Source of the DNA: Candidatus Poribacteria bacterium
Lineage (GTDB): Bacteria; Poribacteria; WGA-4E; PCPOR2b
Assembly (NCBI GenBank): GCA_965208675.1
Contig: OZ242351.1
Span: forward strand, 4,000,001-4,064,000
DNA length: 64,000 nt
Direction of reading: 5' to 3'
Shown: one piece after another, positions 57,004 to 64,000 of the stretch
Numbering within the stretch: position 1 is the stretch's first letter
Layout: every line of letters begins with the position of its first letter
Translations under genes and position numbers: made by a program
Notes under the pieces: model-generated
The model's database searches: none
Told to the model about the DNA's origin: nothing
Seen by the model: only the letters and a program-made list of their open reading frames with translations

Positions 57004-58629
57004 ATGAAGGGTGGAGATATTCTCATTGAATGTCTGAAAGCGCAGGGAGTACGCTGCATTTTCGGCATGCCGGGCACCCAAAACATACAGATATATGATT
57101 CCCTTTTGCGCCGTGGTACAGGCATTGAACACTTTCTCGTACGCCACGAATATTCTGCAACCCATATGGCGGACGGTTTTGCCCGCTCCACCGGCGAAGT
57201 TGGAGTTGCTTTGACAGTACCCGGTCCAGGCGCGAGCAACGCCTCAACCGGCATATTAGAGGCATTTACCGATTGTGTTCCTGTGCTGCTCATCACCGGC
57301 CAAAGTGACTCGAAATTTTACACAAAACATCCAAGCAAGATGTTTCACGGCTTGGATCAGATGCAATTCTTCAAGCCTATAACGAAGTATTGTGGAATCC
57401 CGAAGACGGTCGAAGAGGTTCCCGTTGTCGTCGAAAATGCTTTCCGGGCAATGCAATCCGGTCGTCCTGGTCCCGCTGTGCTGGAATTCCCCATGGACAT
57501 CATCACCGGAACGGGGAATGTGACTGTCCCACCGAGAGTCAAACCGCCCCCGGTTCCCCCGCCAGACGCCGCCGACATCAAATTAGCAGCGAAAACACTC
57601 AATCGGGCAAAAATGCCCATCTTATTTGTTGGGTCCGCTCTTGTTCACGCTGATGCACGTAAGGAATTGCGGCAGCTCGCCGAGAAACTCAATGTTCCTG
57701 TAATCGTCACGCGATGTGCAAAGGGGGCACTGCCCGAAGATCACCCTCTGGCATTGAGGAATAGTAACGGTTATCTCGCGCGTCAAGGCATGCAAATCGC
57801 AGATTGTACCCTCGCAATTGGACCGCGCTTTACCTCGATTGATACAAGGGACTGGAGTTTCGAACCGTCGCGTCCGCTAATTCAGATTGATCCGGATGAC
57901 ACTGAAATAGGGCGAGAATATCCTTGCGACGTTAACGTCGTCGGCGATCTCAAATTGACGTTGCAATCGTTAATCGAGGAAGTTGAGGTTGGCAGTGGCC
58001 ATTGGAATAAGCCGCTGCATCGGCTTCGTCAAAAATTTGCGGCTCAACCGCCCATGCCCCTGCTGGCGGAAATCCGAAACGTACTTCCAAACGATGCAAT
58101 CCTTTCAGTCGATGTCCACTCGATAGGATACGCTTCATTTGCCGAGTATCCCATCTACCAACCCCATGAATTCCTATATCCCTGTATCGGCATCGCGTTG
58201 GGTTACGCATTTCCTGCGGCGATTGGGGCTAAAATCGCGCATCCGGATAAACCCGTCGTGTGCTTTAGTGGAGATGGCGGGTTCATGATGGGCGCTGGTG
58301 AGTTGGCAACAGCAATGATGTACGGAATCAATGTTGTGGCGATTGTTGTGAACGATAATGCTTTGACGGCAATTAAGGGTTCGCAGAGGCAGAGCTGCAA
58401 CGGACGAACAATTGATACAGATTTGTTGAATCCTGATTTTGCCCAGTTTGCTAGCTCATTCGGCGCGTATGCCGTTAGGGTGAATAACCCAGCTGATTTC
58501 AAAAGTGTTCTACAAGATGCACTCGCAATGAATACTCCTGCCTTAATCGAAGTTCCTATGGAAGATAAGCAAGAAGAACTCATCAGCTCAATTGGTTGGA
58601 TGCAGCCGCAACCGTTGTTGCGGAAATAG
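57004..58629 (+). CDS. Thiamine-pyrophosphate-dependent enzyme (acetolactate synthase-like)
   Basis: FGMPG, RHE, PGPGASN, GDGGF-X-N TPP motif. Confidence 0.92.
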   Translation: MKGGDILIECLKAQGVRCIFGMPGTQNIQIYDSLLRRGTGIEHFLVRHEYSATHMADGFARSTGEVGVALTVPGPGASNASTGILEAFTDCVPVLLITGQSDSKFYTKHPSKMFHGLDQMQFFKPITKYCGIPKTVEEVPVVVENAFRAMQSGRPGPAVLEFPMDIITGTGNVTVPPRVKPPPVPPPDAADIKLAAKTLNRAKMPILFVGSALVHADARKELRQLAEKLNVPVIVTRCAKGALPEDHPLALRNSNGYLARQGMQIADCTLAIGPRFTSIDTRDWSFEPSRPLIQIDPDDTEIGREYPCDVNVVGDLKLTLQSLIEEVEVGSGHWNKPLHRLRQKFAAQPPMPLLAEIRNVLPNDAILSVDVHSIGYASFAEYPIYQPHEFLYPCIGIALGYAFPAAIGAKIAHPDKPVVCFSGDGGFMMGAGELATAMMYGINVVAIVVNDNALTAIKGSQRQSCNGRTIDTDLLNPDFAQFASSFGAYAVRVNNPADFKSVLQDALAMNTPALIEVPMEDKQEELISSIGWMQPQPLLRK

Positions 58630-58668
58630 GCGAAGCAGGATTGGAAACACTTCGCAGAGCCGAAATCA

Positions 58669-59352
58669 ATGTCAAAAATTCGCGCCGTGCTATTTGATTT
58701 TGGAGGCACGCTAGACGGAAATGGAATTCACTGGCGTGAGCGAACCTATCGATTCATCCGTAGTCGCCATCCCGAAATCAATCGAATGGAATTTGATCAC
58801 GCCGATCGCGCCTCCGTTGAACAATTCATCGCGGATGGCAACGCGCCAACGCTGAATCTCCGCGAGTCTGCAGATGCGATTGCCACAGGAATTTATGAAC
58901 GGCTCGGATTGAAGCTGGCGGAGAAAAATCGATATATCGACCATTTCTGTCTCGGTGCAGCGGAAAGCCTCGATATAAACCGGCGATGGCTCACAACCCT
59001 CAAAAGCAGATATCAACTCGGCGTTATCAGCAATAACTTTGGAAATGCACTGGCTTGGTGTAATGAATTTGGTCTTTCTCCGCTGCTTGATGTCGTAATA
59101 GATTCAACTGTTGTTGGAGTTTGGAAACCAGAACCAGAAATTTTCCGCGCCGCATTGTTTGCGCTGGAGGTTTCGCCCCACGAGGCAATCTATGTTGGAG
59201 ATTCGTATTCGCACGATGTCAGTGGCGCTAAGGGAGTGGGGATGTTGACGGCGTGGTTGGTTGGTGAGGAAGAGAAGGTATGTCCTGACCCTTCAATTGT
59301 CGATGTGCGACTGGCTAAAGTTCAAGACCTGGAACGGTTTCTCTCGAAATGA
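58669..59352 (+). CDS. HAD-family hydrolase
   Basis: FDFGGTLD, ISNN, KPEPEIF, YVGDS..HD. Confidence 0.9.
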   Translation: MSKIRAVLFDFGGTLDGNGIHWRERTYRFIRSRHPEINRMEFDHADRASVEQFIADGNAPTLNLRESADAIATGIYERLGLKLAEKNRYIDHFCLGAAESLDINRRWLTTLKSRYQLGVISNNFGNALAWCNEFGLSPLLDVVIDSTVVGVWKPEPEIFRAALFALEVSPHEAIYVGDSYSHDVSGAKGVGMLTAWLVGEEEKVCPDPSIVDVRLAKVQDLERFLSK

Positions 59353-59658
59353 CGAATTCAGACGTATGGAATGCTTTGAGCGTTAGATGAAGTATGTCTT
59401 TATGTGTTATGGACGGGGTTAGAATTCTGACGTCACAAGGTTGCCGATTTAGCGGTCACATAGTCCATTCACCTACGAGCCCATCCGCGGTATGCTTGCT
59501 AGGTTTGTTGAAACGTCATTATAGGTTGATTTGGCGGAGGCAGACCCTTGCCAGGTGTTTTCCGCCGGACCAATGTTGTCCCCGACTATTGTCTCGTATG
59601 CCTAAACTTCAGCAACAATATTTGCAAGCCTCACCAAAAGAATAGACGAAGACTTCTG

Positions 59659-60735
59659 CTATCCCCCCGGTATTGGGAACCACAACCCGCCTGTCTGGTT
59701 TACCAAGTATTTTTGCCATTTGTCATCGACGCCAATGACGTCCATCTTAATCTGTGCCGCACGGCAGCGATTCAATACATCAGAGATAGTGTAAGTTCCC
59801 TTACACGGTTCATCGGTAATGAGAATGAATCGTCGTTCAGCCGCCGAACGGAATTTTACCTTTGAAATTGACTTGACAATGGCATTGTAAGCGCGCTCAT
59901 CGCCGCCGCATTTGACATTTTCGAGTAAGCGTTCAAACTTCTGATAATCCCGCGTCTGGGGAAATATCAGGGAATCATATTTGAACTTGACAATTCCCAT
60001 CTTGAAGTCAATGTGTTTTTCTCGAAAAATCTTCACCATGCTTATAAGATGATTTCCCACAGCTCGGATGTTCTCTTCCATGCTGCCGCTCGTATCCAGT
60101 AAAAACACGATATCCGATGTTGATGTAGTAGTTCCACTCGCAATGTTTCCAGCAATCGTCTGCAGCGCACTTCCAATTTGAGCATCGCGGCTAATGTGTT
60201 TTGTGGGATGGTACTGAACATCCTTTGGCGATTGAGCAATGTTGTCATGAGGCAAATTCTTCTCAATCTCTAAGGTGTGTGACGTTGGCTGTCGTGCCAA
60301 GACTTTGACAGGATTGACAATCTGTTCCCGTAAATATGATTCCTCTCGCGGTAGATTGGTGAGATCAGTATCTGATTTTGGCAATGCCACTTTCGTTTGA
60401 ATTGGTAGCGCCGCCGTCAGATATGCTTGTTCACCCCGAACTATCTGTTCTCTTCTAACCCGAGAATTCGATTGAGGAACAGAAGGAACCGGCATCGCTA
60501 AGTTTGGGGTTTGTGTGTTCGTAGTTGAGATGCGGCTTTTCAAGCGCGGTGCATAAGAAGGCTGAAGGATTTCGACCACAGTTGGTTCAGCAACAATCGG
60601 TTCCGGTATCGGAGGTGCGGATTGAAACCATCTCGGCAAATTTAAATTCATCATCAACGTAACAATTATGTGCAAAAATATAGATATTACGAATGAATTA
60701 TGCACTCGCTGTTTGGATGGTGTTCGGTTATACAT
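59659..60735 (-). CDS. Membrane-anchored VWA-domain protein
   Basis: N-terminal TM SFVISIFLHII, Pro-rich linker, MIDAS DTSGSM, ILITDE. Confidence 0.85.
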   Translation of the reverse strand: MYNRTPSKQRVHNSFVISIFLHIIVTLMMNLNLPRWFQSAPPIPEPIVAEPTVVEILQPSYAPRLKSRISTTNTQTPNLAMPVPSVPQSNSRVRREQIVRGEQAYLTAALPIQTKVALPKSDTDLTNLPREESYLREQIVNPVKVLARQPTSHTLEIEKNLPHDNIAQSPKDVQYHPTKHISRDAQIGSALQTIAGNIASGTTTSTSDIVFLLDTSGSMEENIRAVGNHLISMVKIFREKHIDFKMGIVKFKYDSLIFPQTRDYQKFERLLENVKCGGDERAYNAIVKSISKVKFRSAAERRFILITDEPCKGTYTISDVLNRCRAAQIKMDVIGVDDKWQKYLVNQTGGLWFPIPGG

Positions 60736-61182
60736 ATCAGATTCCGTGTGCGCAAAAATAAGGCATGAAAGATAACGCCAGAAAGCGATAGTGGGTTCGG
60801 TATTAACTGCCCAATATCTACCTGATACCCAATCTACCTTTCCATACATAGGGTGTTTAGAAACCTTTATGGTTTCGGTTTCATGGAAAACACGCAAATT
60901 TTTCGCGGAGGGGTTATCTATTGTCAAATTCCGGCTTCGTTACAATGGAAATTTATCATAAATAGTCCTATATGTCAAAGGTGTTTTTCACACACAAGCA
61001 CTGCTAAGAAAAGTCAACTCTCCTGCCTATAAAGACCGTTGAAATCAAGCCATTTAAGCAACGAACGATTGGTATTTTGCGTGCGGATTAAGATACACTT
61101 GCGAGTAAAGATACAAGTGTGTTACAATAACACCACTATAAGGTCGGTTGAGAAGGTTCAGTTTTTATAAGAGGATTCGCTT

Positions 61183-61689
61183 ATGAAAACACCGGTACTC
61201 GTGTTGAATGCAAGCTACGAGGCGATTAATATTTGTAACTTAAAACGTGCGATGAAGATGATTATCAAAGGGGTAGCGTGTATGGAAGAAGTCTCAGATC
61301 AGGTTATCCGTTCGCCAAGCACCTCAATGAAAATTCCTTTGGTGATTCGGCTAGTGAATTATGTCCAAATCCCTCGCTGTGTTGTAAAGTTCTCACGAAG
61401 AAACGTATTTGTCCGGGACGCATACGTATGCCAGTATTGCCATGAGAAATTTCCTCATTCCATGTTAACGCTTGACCATGTTGTCCCAAGATCTCGCGGT
61501 GGTGCTACGGTATGGGAAAACGTCGCGACAGCGTGTAAAAAGTGTAACATCAAAAAAGGGAATTGCACACCGCGTGAAGCTAGCATGTTTCCCAAGCGCT
61601 CCCCTAAAGTTCCCTCGATTATCTCTTATTTGCATCTCAGCCGCCATTTGCGTTATGACGAGTCCTGGAACAAATATCTGTATATTTAA
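61183..61689 (+). CDS. HNH endonuclease (McrA-like)
   Basis: VLVLNASYE, RDAYVCQYC, LTLDHVVPRSRGG..WENVATACKKCN.KKG. Confidence 0.92.
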   Translation: MKTPVLVLNASYEAINICNLKRAMKMIIKGVACMEEVSDQVIRSPSTSMKIPLVIRLVNYVQIPRCVVKFSRRNVFVRDAYVCQYCHEKFPHSMLTLDHVVPRSRGGATVWENVATACKKCNIKKGNCTPREASMFPKRSPKVPSIISYLHLSRHLRYDESWNKYLYI

Positions 61690-61693
61690 AGCT

Positions 61694-62365
61694 ATGCGTT
61701 TTTCTATCATCAGAACGCACTTTTTTGTTTTGAGTTTCCCTCTTCTAGGGTTAGCTTGTGCAATTCAAGCGCCCGAAGATTATTATTTTCAATTCTCCTT
61801 GATGGAAGAGTGGGGGAAACATAATCGACGAGAATCCGGGAGAGCGCCTAATGAATCCATTATCCATCCAGAAAATGCGGAACCGTTGGTTGTTGCATTT
61901 GAAGTTGGAAATCCCGCTTCGGGGTGGCTAGGGTTTGTACCTTATAATATGGCGGAGGACCAGCCTGCTAGCAAGCCCGCTACTGATACAATCAAACCTA
62001 AAGTTCCCATATCGCTCCAGCAAGAAGTGCTGCGTCAGATGTTTCAAGCGCAGGAAATTCACACGGTTCACTGGCGTCTAAACGATGGTCGTCTTGATGG
62101 CGGGGACAATATCTTTCAAATTCACTTTATTCCACAAACTTTGTCTGATATAGCAATAAAAAAAGAATTCCTGATGATATGTGCTATTGTACATGGAACC
62201 CAAACGCAAGAGGATACAGTTGATGTCATAAAGGGTATTGTTGAAGGAGAAGACGGTACACCGAAAATGATTGTGGAAATTCAAGTTACAGATTATGTTG
62301 ATTATCTTCGTGGACAAATTGACAATGCGGAGTGGGAGACTCAAGTAACACTAAAAAAATTTTGA
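61694..62365 (+). CDS. Uncharacterised lipoprotein
   Basis: ATG 4 bp after the HNH stop, lipobox LGLAC, ends 1 bp before rnpA. Confidence 0.65.
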   Translation: MRFSIIRTHFFVLSFPLLGLACAIQAPEDYYFQFSLMEEWGKHNRRESGRAPNESIIHPENAEPLVVAFEVGNPASGWLGFVPYNMAEDQPASKPATDTIKPKVPISLQQEVLRQMFQAQEIHTVHWRLNDGRLDGGDNIFQIHFIPQTLSDIAIKKEFLMICAIVHGTQTQEDTVDVIKGIVEGEDGTPKMIVEIQVTDYVDYLRGQIDNAEWETQVTLKKF

Positions 62366-62366
62366 C

Positions 62367-62714
62367 ATGGAGCAAAAAGTTCATCCAGAGCGATTGACAC
62401 GAAGATGGGAATTTCAGCGAGGGTATAAGAAGGGGAAGAAATATTGGAATCGGAGTTTTGTTGTATATGTATCTCGGAATTCTCTAAATGTGGTACGTCT
62501 CGGCATTACCACCAGTAAAAAGTTAGGGAACAGTGTCAAACGGAATCGAGTCAAAAGGTTAATCAGAGAATCATTCAGATTATCAAAACATCGAATTTGT
62601 CCGAATTACGATCTTATCGTCGTGGGACGAACGGCCGCGCTTGATATGAAATGCCAGCAAGCCAAGTCTTCATTCTTGCAGCTTTTGCGCCAAGCCAAGA
62701 TTCTCATAATGTGA
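62367..62714 (+). CDS. rnpA: Ribonuclease P protein component
   Basis: RL...EFQ, RLGITTSKKLGNSVKRNRVKRLIRE (RNR motif). Confidence 0.96.
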   Translation: MEQKVHPERLTRRWEFQRGYKKGKKYWNRSFVVYVSRNSLNVVRLGITTSKKLGNSVKRNRVKRLIRESFRLSKHRICPNYDLIVVGRTAALDMKCQQAKSSFLQLLRQAKILIM

Positions 62715-62720
62715 CTATTT

Positions 62721-62936
62721 TTGTCCATGAAAATAATTCTGATTTATCTGATACGCCTCTATCGAAAATTTATTTCCCCGCTCTTTCCGCCAACTTGCCG
62801 TTTCTACCCTACGTGCTCCCAGTATTCTTTAGAAGCAATAATGAAGCATAATCTTTTGAAAGCGTGTTGGTTAACGCTCAAACGATTGTCGAAGTGCCAA
62901 CCTTTTCACCCCGGTGGCTATGATCCGCTCAAATAA
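62721..62936 (+). CDS. yidD: Membrane protein insertion efficiency factor
   Basis: [30 protein letters not shown]. Confidence 0.95.
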   Translation: MSMKIILIYLIRLYRKFISPLFPPTCRFYPTCSQYSLEAIMKHNLLKACWLTLKRLSKCQPFHPGGYDPLK

Positions 62937-63165
62937 AATGCCAATAGGTTTATGCGGCTGAATTGGGTCAAGCATTAAATACCGGAATTCTGTAATAACG
63001 TTTAACGGAGCTCGTAATTCCTAATCTCCATCTTCCATCTGTAGCTCTGCCGGCGTAATGCGTTGCCCCCTAGCGTCTATAGAATGCGCGTGCAATGCTA
63101 ACAACGTGTAAGTGTGAATATAACTATTTAGGATTATAATATTTCATCTATGAGGAGTTTCTTGA

Positions 63166-64000
63166 ATGGAGAGGCGTTACATCCTAGCGATTGCGCTCAT
63201 GATTATTGTAATGGTTAGCTGGACCATCTTCTTTAGTCCGCCGCCGCCTGAGCAAACCCCCGACCGGGAGCGGGAGGATTCGCCGACCGCCCCGTCTGAA
63301 TCTACATTTGAAACGCCTACACCAACACAAAGGGATGAGTCATCGCTTTATTTGAGTAGGGTTCAAGAAGGTCCAAGAACTCTTGTGCAAACCGACAACT
63401 ATGACATTTCCTTTATTGACGAGCACGCAATTGTCCAAGAATGGAGACTTAGAAAATATCCAGATCGCTCCGGCAACGACGAATCAATCAACTTGATTCC
63501 AAAGAGTGCCCAAAGTTGCCTCCGAGTTGATATTCCTGGTTTGGAGAATGACACAGTGTCAGCTGTCTGGAAGGCGGACAAACAGCAGGTGATTCTCAAC
63601 AATCAGCCTCAAGACAAGCTGACCTTCAAAACTCAAATTGGAGATAAACTCAAGGTATCCAAGGAATTTACCTTTTATCAAGATCGCTATTTTGTGGACG
63701 TAGCGCTGACTTTAGAAAACATATCAAATCAACCGTTAGAGAATTATAAACTGTATTGGGGACCGGGAATTAATGCAGACCTTTTGCTCCATGAGAGCAA
63801 GCACAGCGGCAAAGGGAGACGGGCTTTAAAAAATGAGGGGGCGGTAGCATATATAGGACACGGCAAGCCAAAACAAGATCTTAGCGAGTCAGGGAAAAAC
63901 GCTCCCGTCAAATGGGCGGGGATGAATAGCAAGTATTTTGCCGCGCTTATGATTCCAGATCCATCGCTCAATGCTTTGTATGAACGCGAAGAACTCATAG
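63166..64000 (+). CDS. yidC: Membrane protein insertase, N-terminal part (runs off the window)
   Basis: GAGGAG RBS, MERRYILAIALMIIVMVSW TM segment, W.L.KY, WAGMNSKYFAALMIP, and position after rnpA-yidD. Confidence 0.9.
   Translation, partial: MERRYILAIALMIIVMVSWTIFFSPPPPEQTPDREREDSPTAPSESTFETPTPTQRDESSLYLSRVQEGPRTLVQTDNYDISFIDEHAIVQEWRLRKYPDRSGNDESINLIPKSAQSCLRVDIPGLENDTVSAVWKADKQQVILNNQPQDKLTFKTQIGDKLKVSKEFTFYQDRYFVDVALTLENISNQPLENYKLYWGPGINADLLLHESKHSGKGRRALKNEGAVAYIGHGKPKQDLSESGKNAPVKWAGMNSKYFAALMIPDPSLNALYEREELI

Noticed and set aside
61183-61689. HNH as a Cas9/IscB-like or homing nuclease
   Set aside because: It is only 168 aa, has no RuvC motifs or adjacent structured RNA, and matches the common stand-alone McrA-like type.
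61472-61693. N-terminal 74 codons of ORF 61472-62365 overlapping the HNH gene
   Set aside because: The ATG at 61694 gives a clean lipoprotein signal with no overlap.

Overview
Bacterial chromosomal window. The inferred taxon is Candidatus Poribacteria or a relative, based on secreted proteins ending in a 'LTTxWGKLK' motif, PhyH, TPR, NHL and VWA genes, and TonB receptors next to a Firmicutes-like ylxM-ffh-rpsP-khpA-ylqD block. Most of 11-64 kb is recognisable core content: a TonB receptor, a large outer-membrane protein operon, an Rsb-type partner-switching cluster downstream of mnmG-rsmG, tRNA-Leu(CAA), a GHMP kinase/nucleotidyltransferase fusion, hisC, the ffh-rpsP-trmD-rplS operon lacking rimM, hslVU, moaA with a full SUF operon, and rnpA-yidD-yidC lacking rpmH. 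The unusual part is about 1.9-11.2 kb. It holds three paralogous secreted proteins that differ mostly by amino-acid-changing substitutions and share a 188-bp identical tract between copies 2 and 3. Each copy sits between composite GTAG-type palindromic elements (REPIN-like) whose arms are nearly invariant but whose loops are fixed at about 71 nt and highly variable in sequence. The same region carries one intact toxin-antitoxin pair and three antitoxins whose toxins are truncated or lost. No transposase, integrase, reverse transcriptase, cas gene or CRISPR array was seen. All alignments and counts were made by eye and no database searches were run.
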